In this document: positions 1 through 11,754 of the stretch, piece by piece | Layout of the letters: each line of letters begins with the position of its first letter | Position numbering within the stretch: the stretch's first letter is position 1 | From: Neoechinorhynchus agilis | Lineage: Eukaryota; Animalia; Acanthocephala | NCBI GenBank assembly: GCA_051530055.1 | Contig: CM121342.1 | Span: forward strand, 3,347,489-3,411,488 | DNA: 64,000 bases | Direction: 5' to 3' | Notes under the pieces: model-generated | What the model saw: only the letters and a program-made list of their open reading frames with translations | Told to the model about the DNA's origin: nothing | Databases searched by the model: none | Made by a program: the position numbers and the translations under genes

Positions 1-339
1 TCTGATAGGATCAAACTTTTTAGAAGATGCAACCTTGCAAGTTTTTTAATGGGATAGATTTTGGCCTAATAAACGCATAACTCTTTTGTACATTCATGTT
101 TGAGACGTTGAAAATTAATAAAATACACTTTTATCCCCAACTGTTAATATACGTGACAGAGAGTCTTATTTTCATGGATTTAAATCTTGGATACATTGCA
201 ATTAATAGTTTTTCTATCATTCTTTTTTAACAATGTTACCACAAATCAACAATTTAGGTTATGTACCATTTTGTCTTTATTTACAATGACCCTATTTTAT
301 TTCGTGTTTTATCGCAAGTTGCTTTCAAACATATTTTTT

Positions 340-1500
340 GTGACCGAAATCTCCTGCTGGAGCCGAGGCGACCGTACATGCATCACGAGCGAATAGTCGG
401 AATGGTAGCCATAAAGGAACGACCATGGTCAAGTTTGACATGGAGAACGCGTTCAATTCAATAAGCTGCACCGCGATGACAGAGGTTGTCCACCAACACC
501 GACGCAACATGGAAACAGGCGATCCTTCCCATTCGATTCGGCGGTCTTGGCATCCAGAGTGCCACCGAATTAGCAATTATTGCATTTTCGTCATCGATTT
601 CGGTCTCTTCAGACCTGGTGCTGAGAATCATCCAACCACACACTCGAATAGAGTCGCACCCACCACCTGAACTGATTGAAATGCACGCTCAATGGACATC
701 AGTGTTCGGGCAGGTCGTTTTGACCGAAACAAACTCTCAAGAACGTTGGACTGCCTTGCTCCACACTGCGTATTATCAGCAGCTTCTCAACTCATGCTTA
801 TCTCCCACCGATTGAGCTAGTCTCCTGGCAGTCTCAGCTTCCCGATCACGGCTGTTGGCACGAGGCTGGATGACCAAGCCATCACCGTCGCTATGGGACT
901 TCGGTTGGGCATCGAATTCTCAGACTCATATACATGTCGGTGCGGTGGAATAGTGAATAGGTCGAAAACTCACGGCCTTGACTGCAAGCGTTCAAATGCT
1001 CGCCGCGCACGGCACTCAGCAGTCAACCGCATAATCAAGGATGCCCTCTCAACGGCCGGTTTTCCTGCTCAACTCAAACCAGTCGGACTCTCCCGGAACG
1101 ACGGTAAACGCCCTGATGGAGCGACTCTCCTCCCATGGTGCTCCGGGAAAATACTGGTTTGGGATTCTACCTGCCCCAACACGCTCGCAGCATTCCACTT
1201 ACGGGATGCCGCCTCAAAAGCGGGAGCAGTCGCCAGCCTCAGCGAGGAAAAGAAGCGGCAGAAGTACTCCTCGCTCGATGGGCATCAATATATTTTCATC
1301 CCGATTGCGGTGGATACACTGGGATGTCTCGGTAAAGAAGCCGATTATTTCCTTTCTCGACTGGGAAAGATACTGAAATATGCCACCGGCGATATGCGCT
1401 CCAGCAGCTTCCTGCTGCAGCGAATCAGCGTGGCGATGCAACGCGGCAATGCCGCAGCCATCAAGGAAGCTGCCGAACAATCATAACATATCCGTAATGC
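340..1500 (+). mobile_element. CRE-clade non-LTR retroelement fragment (family A): internally deleted RT, Zn finger and REL endonuclease
   Basis: GAEATVHA...VKFDMENAFNS (about 350-460) jumps to WKQAILPIRFGGLG (post-RT), so the RT palm is missing. ORF 893-1486 has CRCG..H..DC..ARH and RPDG...WDSTCPNT, and ends QRISVAMQRGNA. Confidence 0.85.
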
Positions 1501-2416
1501 GGATTTGATATGACTGCGAAATGCATAAATAAAATTTTAACACTAAATGATAAACATTTATATAATTTACTGTTTCAATGAAACAAAAAATGCTCAATAA
1601 AATGGAGCTGCTTGTTGGTGCTCATGTTTCTGACAAAAATTATAGCTCTTCGTCATCAAATTACATGCCGCGTACACGATGATTGGCACCAACAATACGA
1701 GATTCCAAGACCAGCCAATCATTTTCTCCACCATTGCTTGATTCTTGGAATATTGAATAAATCACATTTTTTGTAAAATAATTTACTAACAGAAGGCAAA
1801 GGTTCGCTTTAATGTGAAGAAAAATCTCACGAATAAAGCGGGGCGGACGGTTTGAAGGATCACCGAAATGAAAAGATTTGGTATGACAACGAACGTGTCT
1901 GTTAAAGATAAAAAGTAATAACCATCGTTTACTGCGGTTGGAATTGAAATAAAAAGACTCAACAAAACCACTCAGATTCTAATCCATCTTGAATATTGTT
2001 TAGGGCGTTTGGAGTGTCCATCCAAGCCACGGTGAATCGTTTCCGTAATAGCAACGCTCGAACGGACCGGAAAAAAGGGAAAATAGCAGAAAATATTAAG
2101 ATTATTAACTGCCTTTGGCGCTAATATTGTTATCTTTGTTATTGAACAGTCATCGTGTTCGAAATAGACTGTAATGTTTGGACTTTTTAAGCCTCATGTT
2201 ATTTTGGTTTGTCTTCAGAATTTTGTTTGTACATGAAAAATGATGACCACAATTTTTAATTTTTGACTTTTGCTAATTGGAATTATTGTTTAGGTCTTCA
2301 CATGGTAAATGATTTTTTTACGTCCATCGAACTGATAATTAACCCGACGAGGTTCGACGAATGTCTTTAATAAAAACCCGGCACCTTCTCACATATCAAA
2401 ATTATACCAATTACAG

Positions 2417-2426
2417 CAGCCAATCA
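2417..2426 (+). promoter_or_regulatory. possible CCAAT box upstream of the small secreted peptide gene
   Basis: CAGCCAATCA about 320 nt upstream of ATG 2748; motif match only. Confidence 0.25.
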
Positions 2427-2710
2427 CATTTCAGGCATTGTTTGGTGTAAAATCTGTGCCCTGGATTTAATTATGATCTTCAAGGGTGCTAAATACCTTT
2501 AACTACCTTGCTGAAATACCAAGAATTATTAAAAAACTAAGCAACTGATTATTTGTTTCAACAAAACGATATGCATAAATTTCGAATAATGAAATGCTTG
2601 TTGATCAGCGATAAATTGACTATAAACAATATTACTTGTTTTGAGACAATGCTTTCCGTTTTGCTTAAATCTCAATGTTCAAGTGGAAAACACCTTACAA
2701 AATCCAAGTC

Positions 2711-2717
2711 TATATAA
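2711..2717 (+). promoter_or_regulatory. TATA box
   Basis: TATATAA about 30 nt upstream of ATG 2748. Confidence 0.45.
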
Positions 2718-2747
2718 GATCCGTATACGCTTACGTTCGATAACGAA

Positions 2748-3068
2748 ATGAAAGTCGCAATCTTTCTACTTTTCGTCGTCTTTCTTTGTTTCTGTGAAAA
2801 TATAACTGTCAAATCGAAAAATAAAGATGCAACAGTCGAATCTTCAGGTCAGATTGAGATCGCGGACATGGATTCGAAGGGCAAATGGTTCAGTGAAGAT
2901 GATATCTCAAAGGCGGATCTTGAGTTGCTGCAGAAGGACGACAAAATACCAAAAAAGATAGTTAATGGTAAATTCTTCTTCTGGGGATTCGTTCCATTCT
3001 TTCCATGGGGATTCCTTTATCCGTTTTACTATCCGTGCTTTCGGCCATGGATACCGTGTTGCTTTTAA
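2748..3068 (+). CDS. small secreted prepropeptide (106 aa) with aromatic/Pro/Cys-rich C-terminal peptide
   Basis: ATG..TAA. Hydrophobic signal MKVAIFLLFVVFLCFC, acidic D/E/K-rich pro-region, C-terminal KFFFWGFVPFFPWGFLYPFYYPCFRPWIPCCF. Upstream TATA box. Confidence 0.7.
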   Translation: MKVAIFLLFVVFLCFCENITVKSKNKDATVESSGQIEIADMDSKGKWFSEDDISKADLELLQKDDKIPKKIVNGKFFFWGFVPFFPWGFLYPFYYPCFRPWIPCCF

Positions 3069-3680
3069 AGATAGCAGATAATTAATTACACCAAAGTAAA
3101 ACACCTTAGTTGGCAAATCGAGTGGTCTGCAAATTATGGAATCAAGCGGCGTGTTGATTTCTCCTTTTTTATAAGCGTGATTTACCAAGTTCATAATTTG
3201 AGTATTGAGAAGCCATAACTAAAGGAACTCAATGAATCCGCCCACTTTAACATCTTTGGAAAAACGAATTGGAAAAAATACACAAAAAAAGAGTTAATTC
3301 GCTTAAATCTGTAAACTGAATCTCCTATAAATATGCCGTTTTTAAAGCCTCCTACAAAGAGAGCTCTTCAACAAAGGCAATATCCTTTTTTTGTAGTTAT
3401 TCGGCAAACCTTGATAATGTCGGAATTATCGGACGAAATATCAGCAATAAATCAGTCAATTTAAATTCGGGCGTGAAATTTTTCAATTGAAAAAAAGGTT
3501 TTATTCGGTCGATTACGATCGCCATAACTTTAAAACTTTCTTGTCTTATTCTCTTAAGACAAAAATATCCGTTACGTATTTACCTAGGAAGTTTCGTTTT
3601 CGGATAAAAGAAAAAAGGACAACATACGAGTATTTTTATTTCCATCTACACGATCCAACGTCGTAAACACTTGCAAACAG

Positions 3681-4835
3681 TGAGTATTGGCGAAAAGCCA
3701 AAGCCCAGTGATGACCAAAGGTGCGATTGCATCTCAGAGGGCACATAAAAAAATGAAAGATAATCAACGGAGGGGTTTTAGCGCAGGTGAAGATTGTTCA
3801 ATTTTCTGAAAAGCGTTCACGTTCATTTTAAAAAGATTTGCCTTAAAAATAAACCGTTGATGTGCAATCAGTTAATTTTTAAATAAGGAAAAGAATTTGT
3901 TATCAATCTCGGTCGGTCCTGAAACCGAGGTCGTCAGAGTCGAATATTCCGACGGATTCAATCGATGATTTTATCAATTCAAGTGTAAAAAACCTCAAAA
4001 ACGACCGACGGAATTGAGATAATCGAAGGTGAACATTGTCTCTATCGACTGAGAAAAAGATTAATAATCTAACCGATGGATACGACTAAAGAATTTAGGC
4101 GAACAAAAAGTTTTTAAAAACTTTCACATCTCCGCTTCGGTTTTTTTGTAGTGGTCGAAAGGACGAATTCAGCGTTTCTCTGAGATCAGTTTTTTGCGTA
4201 TAACATTAATCCGCAATCGTGGAATACGCAACGCAAACAATTACGTCACTGCAATATACGAATTCCTCGAAAGCATCCATAGGCGAGGGAGGGACGATAA
4301 TCTCGTTTTTGCGTTCGAGATTTCATCTGTGACCTAGAAATTTGCTAGTTTTCGCTTAATAGTCCACAAATTCTATGCCGAGAAAAGTTTACGCTTAAAA
4401 TCAGCGATTATCGTTTTCTTTTGATGATATTCGATAATCGTTGATATAGAAGACGGTGTTCAATTGATTCATTTAGTCAAAGATGAGCTTATTAATGGAT
4501 TTACGGGAAAATCGATATTTACGAACTTTCATCGAAAAGTAGGCGATTTTTGTTTAACCGCAAATTAATTCGCTTTCGTTTTAAAGAAAGGTCTTAAATT
4601 TTCGACTGAATCAATGAGATGCAGATTTCTGAAGGTGATTCTCCATCGCCTTCACAGATACCAAATATTCGTCAAAGGTTTTCTCTTCTTTTTGAAAAAA
4701 CGTTGACTAACAAGTCAATCGATATTGTCGGTTATTGTAAATCACGCAGCGTTCAAAACGTCAATTCTGAAAGGATTTCATGTTTGCGAATCCGATGTAA
4801 AAGACCAAGTGGAAATCGAAGAGTTTATGGATTTT
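3681..4835 (+). repeat. module U copy 1 (unknown degenerate gene-like repeat), fused to CRE-B
   Basis: Near-identical to 19527-20700, 28830-29331 and 48064-48900. Ends at TTTATGGATTTT|ACTAAAAATC. Confidence 0.85.
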
Positions 4836-6152
4836 ACTAAAAATCGATCAGTTTCTTCCCCCGCCGTCCCCACCATCTCTGCAAATCACGACTCGCCGCA
4901 TGTCGCACCGCCCACGCCCGACGCTGCTGACGCACGCGGATCACAAGAGGATCGACGCTGCAAATTCTCAAAATCAACTTTCGTCCAAAGGACCTGTAGA
5001 GAACAAGCGGCAGTCGGAAATTTCACTTGCTCTGGGCGCTGAGGCCAATGCTGCCCGAGATCCGAAGGTCTCGGCATATAATTGCCCGATCTGTGACAAG
5101 CAGATCAAAATTACCAAATTGGGAGAATTTTGGACTCACGGCCCAAGGGATTCCCGACGTGTTAGTTCCGGCCTTCTGCTAGCAAACTCTGTTCCTCAGC
5201 TCACTGAACCTCGTCAGAACATCAACCCTTCGTTGCTGGAGATCGTGCCCTGCCCAGAAACATCCTGAAAGGGATCCCGAAGGGCGCTCGATTTCAGGTA
5301 GCGAAGAGGTATTCAGCTGAGCGAATGTCTCGAGACAAATACCGAAATATCTTGGACAAGCCTTTTCGCGTTCCCGAGACTGGTGCTCTGGAGTACCACC
5401 TGACGTGTCCCTTGTTACCCTCATCCAAAACCGGGTGTCCTCCTTCGACAATTCGTTTCGAGGGGTCCTACGCAAAGCTCACGTTTTTAAGGGAGATTTT
5501 TCAAAGCCACCGATTCCGAGCCGAGTTTCAACCCGTTCAATGACTCAGAGACTGTCTTCTAAACTCGCCGATGGTGAAGTTCGGTTCGTATTCTATCATC
5601 CACCAACGAATTCGCAAGAGATGATACGAAAACTCACGAACTTCTCAGAGATAAACATCCTCGGTCCGCTGGTCATCTAGGATATTCGGAGATGATCCCC
5701 TCGTGCACCCCGTTAGAATTTTCGGTTGATGTTGTTAAGAAAGCCGTTCCTTCGTTCGCAAATGGGCCAGCCGATGGGCTCGACCGGCTTCGGCTTCAGC
5801 ACCTAAAGGACATGATGTCCTTCTCCGTAGGTGATCCATCCCATGTTCTCCTGAACGCCTTGACTCGGTTAGTCGGCGAAAGTGATTTCTCGGCGAGTAA
5901 CAGAAGATGTTGCTGAAATTCTTTGTCCAGTTCAACTAGGCTGCTGCACTCCTTGTTGGGCGGAAGCCATAGTCCACGCAACTCCGTACATTTGTTATTG
6001 AGAACGCCAAACCGTGTTTGATCCTGAAATTAGATTTTCGGAACGCCTTCAATTCCGTTAATCGCAACTCGCTCTTAAAAGCTGTCAGCGATAACGCACC
6101 GGAGGCTTACGGGTATTTTAGAAATTCGTACATAGCTGCGACCCCTCTTGTA
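4836..6152 (+). mobile_element. CRE-clade retroelement family B copy 1, 5' part (N-terminal Zn finger, start of RT), decayed
   Basis: CPICDKQI..G..WTHGP; ILKGIPKGAR; GPADGLDRLRLQHLKD; PVQLG; LKLDFRNAFNS-like. Many stops and frameshifts. Confidence 0.85.
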
Positions 6153-8112
6153 CTGTTGAAAATAAAATCCATATGTTTGAGATATGGGAATTGAAGTAAG
6201 ATTTAATTTATTGATTGAATATTTCGATCCAACCTAGGATCTTCTTCAGCGAATTCTAAAAAGAGAGGTAGGGAATGCCAAAACTATCACACGTTGATCT
6301 TATCGGGTGGAATCCGAAGCTTCAATCTTTAATCTGGCTTGTTTCCATCAAAAATGGATGACGACTGGATATACACAGCTTCCATGACCACACGACTGAA
6401 TCGATCGTGATTATACTGATCCAGATTGAGGCTCGCCTTTTTGTTGGGACAAAGCAGTGTGTAAATTACGTCCCTTCCGACAATACACATCTACCAGGGC
6501 ACTGCTACTACCTGTTTGTAGTGTCCTCTGCATCTTCCTGAACAAGGATTCATCATGGAAGGGGACCTCTAGGAAAATGCTCTCTTTCTTCACATTCGAA
6601 ACCCTTCCGTGGCTGTGTCTCACTCCTTCAAGGCATCTTTTTTCCAAGTGTAGAGGATAACCGAGTCTGCCCGACAAGTCGAATAGGAAATTAAGCCCTT
6701 CATCCCGTATAAATTCATCACTACAGTGTGTAAAAGCTCTGTGAAATAAACATCTAATCCTAGACATTTTTTTATTTTTGCGGTTGCATTGAACTCCATG
6801 GAACAAAACGATGCGGGACACCATATTTCCTATACACGCTCGTCGTGTATGAATTCTCCCTTCGTTTAATGGGTACATCGAGAAACGAAAAATATCCTCG
6901 TTCCTCAATGTCCATTGTCCACGGTATGTGTTCGTCCTTACCATTCAGCTGATTGTGAAGCTCCCCAGGAGACAGGACAGAAGAGTCTAGAAATATGAAG
7001 GTATCGTCCACATATCTAACCCAGAATGCGATCCCAGGGATAGCCTTTAAGAAATCAGATTCCCATTGCCTCATATATAACTCAGCTAAGATAGGAGCTA
7101 GAGGACTTCCCATTGCCAAGCCATCTTTTTGGTCATAGTCGCATCCCTCGAATCGAAAATTGGAAAATCTGGTACAGAACTGTAAAAGTTTTTTTCAGTC
7201 AGTCTTAGTGAGTTTCCATTCATTGTTAAGTGAAAGCAAAGGAATAGCTAGATTGATTGCACGATTCACAGGAATTTTTGTGAAGAGGGACGTAACATCA
7301 GCAGAAACCATTGTGTAAGTAGAACCCAAATTAGAGCGAAGTCTTGATATGAAATCCTCACCATTATCAACAGTATTATCGGAAAATCCCATTATACTAC
7401 GTAGAATGCCGAGTGGACAGCCACTATAGGTCGAAACTTAATAGGGTTTTGTGTACCTTGGCGTTAAGGTGTAGTCTGGGCGTTTTTGCATCAGTAGAGC
7501 GAAGTGCTTTATAATCATCAGGAGGAAGCTTCCCTTGAATTTTTCAATCTCAAAATAAATGAGTTGAATTCCCTTTCACGACTTTTTGTTGGGCATGTAC
7601 TGAGCTGCTCAAACTCATTTCCGTTGAGGATTTCGAGACCCGCTTCTCGATATTGTTGTGAATTCGCAATACAATATCCATACCCCTTATCGATCTTGAC
7701 CAAAACTACATCCTTGATGTCCCTGAGAAGGTCCATTCCACACTGCATTCTCCGGGAGATGTTAGAGTTGACATTCTTATTGTTAATAACTGAATCATAG
7801 TACTGTTCTATCTTCCAAATTGGTATATTCAGATTATCATATTCGAGTCGCGTCGCAAGCTTCTCTAGCTTGATTCTGTATTCAAACTTCTTAGGTGGCG
7901 TATAAGGAATGAAATCGGGACCCAGCAGAATAATGTTCGACATATTATATACCTCATTCTTGTGATCAGAAGCAGTATAGAATCTATTCTGGGTTAGTCG
8001 ATTAAGCTTTCGAATATGGCGATTGAAAATAGCTTTTTCTTCAATATCCATGTGATCTTTGACACAGAACTCTACAAGTTGACAATATTCTAAACTTATC
8101 CATCTATTGAAA
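6153..8112 (-). mobile_element. Penelope-like element 1 (decayed) nested in CRE-B
   Basis: MVSADVTSLFTKIP, AMGSPLAPILAELYM, WVRYVDDTF, FLDV..VYRK (ORFs 7195-7392, 6772-7119). Remnant C..RDVIYTLLCP...RVVMEAVYI of GIY-YIG near 6330-6500. CRE-B resumes at 8113. Confidence 0.85.
6214..6256 (-). ncRNA. minimal type I hammerhead ribozyme (degenerate stem I) at PLE-1 3' end
   Basis: Minus strand reads GAATTCG-CTGAAGA-A-GATCC(TAGGTT)GGATC-GAAA-TA-TT-CAATC; palindromic ATAT stem III. Confidence 0.6.
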
Positions 8113-9017
8113 CACATCATTCCTTCCGAAAGAGCCGTTCAACCGGGAGACCCATTAGATCCCATTGGTTGTGCGCTCACATGAACGAATTAGCGCATTC
8201 TCTTGATGCTGAATTCAATGCCTGGTACCTGGACGATGTTACGCTAAGAGGCGATCCCCAGGTAGTTGTCCGTGACCTGGAGAAAATCAAGATGGGGGCT
8301 AGCAAACTGGGCATTGAATTGAACACAGAAAAGTGCGAAATTCTATTCCGTAATATAGAGAGCGGCCCTGCAAAAGACGTAATAAAGTGTGACTTTGAAA
8401 ATGTTGCACCCGGGATAGAAATGATCGACCTTCAGCGGTTTAAGATTTAGGGCAGTTGCGTCTTTGATAGGAATGCAGAAAACTAAATTAACAACCTTCT
8501 AAAGAAGTTATCGGTGCCTTGCGATAGGGTCTGCGAGCTTGGATCATACGAGGCTCTGTTCTTGATAAAGTACACCCTCTTCATCCCCAAGTTCCTTTAT
8601 GTTCTACGCACTGCCCCGTTTTTCAAGCACGAGGTTCAGCGTGGCAAGCTAGATGACAGATTGAAGGACTGTCTCGAGCAAGTTTTAAATGTCCAGCTGT
8701 CAGAAGAGGCATGGCGACAAGCATCCTTGCCTGTATCTTCTGACGGGTTGGGTATCCGGAAAACAGCAGAAATATCCCTGCCCGCATTTTTAGGCTCCTA
8801 TGAGGGAAGCGAAAGCACAGTTCAGCGCGTTTTGAAATCTACTTATCATTTTGATAAGCATTTTAAAGAGGGAATCAGTGAGTGATGTAAACTGACCAAC
8901 TCCGATCAAGTAGCTGTGAATGGCCAAAAACAATCTGTGAGGGTTCGACCTTTCGTCGCAAGTGTTCAAGGCTCTCTCTCTTATCAGACTCAAGCGACGA
9001 CGTTGCCCGTGCCAGGT
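8113..9017 (+). mobile_element. CRE-B copy 1, RT core and thumb, truncated by module M
   Basis: FNAWYLDDVTLRGD, LNTEKCE, WRQASLPVSSDGLG. Collinear with 30770-31660 and 51183-52060. Confidence 0.85.
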
Positions 9018-10095
9018 GAGTTAAATTCGACATTCAATCTCACTCATTCTGCCTCGATCAACTTTCAACGAGACTTAGGTATAAACACTTCCTTGTCGAA
9101 TACTTTTTCAGTATCCCTGTCAACTCTGACAAGTTCAAAATAACGCATAGCAATTTCCTTGTTCTTAACAAATCCATCCGTATTTTCAACTGCATTGACG
9201 ATACGCGTCCTTTTTTATAGTAAAAAGGTCACATATTGACATAGAAAAATTTCTTTCTATGAAGTCTATAGGCTTCAAGAAAATCTCTCCAGCGAATAGA
9301 ACCACGCGCAATTTCCTCGGCCACTTCCGATGCATCCGTGATAACACAAAACCGCATAAACAACATAATGTTGTTTTGCTCTGGTTTACAAATACGACAG
9401 CGTATAAAATATTTTCCTGGCATTAAATAACCTGAAAGCGGATTATATCCTTTTAAATGTACGAACGGCAGGTTATTTCAAGAATTATTGACATGATCAC
9501 TCGTTCTAGAAATTTCTTCTCGAACATCCGACTGAATCCGCAATCAACATCGACGAACAAGCCTAACAGACTTAGCATTTTAACAATTTCGTAAATTTTT
9601 GCGCCATATACTTATCGAAAACAGACATTGCACACGACTTTACTAACATCATCACAAGCGACATCCTTATAGCTTCTCTGCTGGCTCAGAGAGCATTCCA
9701 TGACGTCATCAACATTCACTTCGTTCCATAGCTCTGTACTATGCCGTGCCCTTCAAGGAGGATCAGCGAATTCGATCCCATCCTACATGTCAGGGTTTTT
9801 ACCCCGTCTAAAACATAAACTTTGCATACGTCATAAGACTCAGAATTTTCACAATTTCGGATATTTTTCGCCGTTCACTTGTAGAATACCGATATTTTCC
9901 CGCAACACTGCAAGCATTCAGGAGACAATTGAGGACGAGGACGGCGAATAATTATGTTTATATCTTCAAACAATAAATTGATGAAACTTTCAAAAAAAAT
10001 CGCAATTCAGATTCAATTGAAACGCCAAGGATATGCCAATCATCTACTACAAACTTTATAGATCAAGATGAATTCCTTTCAGTTTCCAAAGATGA
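9018..10095 (-). repeat. modules M+N copy 1 (unknown gene fragments)
   Basis: Matches 21150-21650, 27490-28790 and 57031-57286. ORF 9229-9423 MPGKYFIRCRICKPEQ is a frameshifted version of 21202-21561. Confidence 0.8.
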
Positions 10096-10259
10096 GCAAT
10101 AACGAGGAACTACCGTTCATCAAAACCGTTTCGGTATAATTAAGAAGGAATCGAAATTTCAGTTCCGACGTTGAACCGAATTAAGATTCTTTATAAAAAC
10201 TCAGTCTACTCGGCTTTCAAGCACAATAGAATTAAACTCACTTCAGGTCAATCGTTGAA

Positions 10260-11204
10260 CTAATCGTAATCGTACAAAAAAGATGGACCCTCTCGGATAT
10301 TTTCATTTACAACGTATGTACTGTCCTCGGTCTCGTGAGGGACATCCATTTCATTGATCGATGTTACATGTTTAAATAGTTCACTAAGTTCGTATTCTTT
10401 TGTGAGATCCGAATCCTTTTCATCTTTTAATATCTCCTTACAAATGTGTGAGCAATAATTGAGGCAATTCGTTCTTCTTTTTGATCCATTTTCGAAGCAC
10501 GAAACTAGTTCATCATTTGCCGACAGCAAGATGTGATCGTCAGAACTAATTTTTCCACGATTATTCGTATTTTCAACTTTACAATTTACTATTTTTACGT
10601 TATCAATATTAATGGGTGTTTCTTTGGTATTTACCATTTTGCTGAAAAGTAAAGTTGTCTTCTTTTTTAGCCGTTTAAAGCATTCAGATACGCAGGAAGC
10701 CATACACTTTTCAATGCTAAAAGCTATTTTTCCATATCTTGACAGTCCTGAATAATCACCGAAACACGTTCGTTTACATCTTTGAATACAAAGCTCGTTT
10801 CTCAAGGCTCGGAACTTTGTCGTTGATTTTATGTTAGAACTCGTTTTCTTGCATTCGTCTTTTCGGGTATCAAATCGATTTGACTTTGTATTTTCTCTTA
10901 AAGTTAAGCTCGGTTCTCCTTCAGTCTCGAAATTATGTTTACCTGAAACATCACTCATTTTCTTCATATTCTGTTTATTATTTATTGCATCGCCCTCTGC
11001 AAAATTGTTATCCTTAACCCCTTGCTCGCCGGATAACCTTTTGTTATTCAATATTTGTAAATAACTTTCCAATTTCTTTTCTTCATACTGAAAGTGTTCA
11101 ATTTTCGGCACCTTTTCATTAACTTTACCATTTGTATGCTGAAAGTTTACGACGATTGCAGTTCCCAGCAACAAAACTGAGAAATAAAACTTTGAAGCGT
11201 TCAT
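10260..11204 (-). CDS. secreted CX3CX3C-motif protein (family S), short 314-aa form
   Basis: ATG..TAG. Signal-like MNASKFYFSVLLLGTAIVVNF. Motifs CIQRCKRTC-x19-CMASCVSEC and CLNYCSHIC. Paralogous to 36050-38890. Confidence 0.65.
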   Translation of the reverse strand: MNASKFYFSVLLLGTAIVVNFQHTNGKVNEKVPKIEHFQYEEKKLESYLQILNNKRLSGEQGVKDNNFAEGDAINNKQNMKKMSDVSGKHNFETEGEPSLTLRENTKSNRFDTRKDECKKTSSNIKSTTKFRALRNELCIQRCKRTCFGDYSGLSRYGKIAFSIEKCMASCVSECFKRLKKKTTLLFSKMVNTKETPINIDNVKIVNCKVENTNNRGKISSDDHILLSANDELVSCFENGSKRRTNCLNYCSHICKEILKDEKDSDLTKEYELSELFKHVTSINEMDVPHETEDSTYVVNENIREGPSFLYDYD

Positions 11205-11754
11205 GTTAATGTAATTTTATAATTCTGTGAAGGCGTTATAAAATATTTATTATCTTTTTCGCCATTGTTGCCTTCGCGACATCGACGCAAAAATGAAAAA
11301 TTCGATTTTCATGTTGCCATAATTTTTAAAGACTACTTTTAAATTTCTTTATTTTGTTTTAGCCTTTTTATCAACACTAAATCAACGCATTAAAGTGTTC
11401 GAAAACTGAAGACTCAATTTAATAATAAACTAATTGCTTTTGACAGGAAGCATTATTTGGACTTAAATTTTTATTTCATTCATCGCTTCGTAAAAACGGG
11501 TTTGCGTTTTGATATTCTTAAATCCGATCATTTTGTACTTTTTAGCAAAGCCAATGGAAGAAGATTTGTACTTCGACGACTAAGAAACTTATCCAAAATA
11601 AAATATTAATCCTGCTTCATTTTACATCAACAGTACAAGTTGCCTTTTGTGTGCTTAAAATCATTGTAAATAGGCTTTGATTCAGTCTCCTCCGAAAAAA
11701 AAATTTATTCGCAGAAGGACCATGTGAGATAGTTTCAATGAATCGAACGTATCA

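Noticed and set aside
1500-2330. Decayed 7TM receptor gene on the minus strand (hydrophobic frames, e.g. VVLLSLFISIP, LLVPIIVYAACNL)
   Set aside because: Needs several frameshifts, diagnostic motifs are not convincing, and T-rich DNA gives hydrophobic frames by chance.
9011-9023. Perfect splice donor CAG|GTGAGT
   Set aside because: Created by the CRE-B|M junction; neither parent has it and there is no evidence of use.
9700-9707. TGACGTCA cAMP-response element (also 28188, 28455)
   Set aside because: Lies within a minus-strand coding remnant (..DDVME..); no promoter context.
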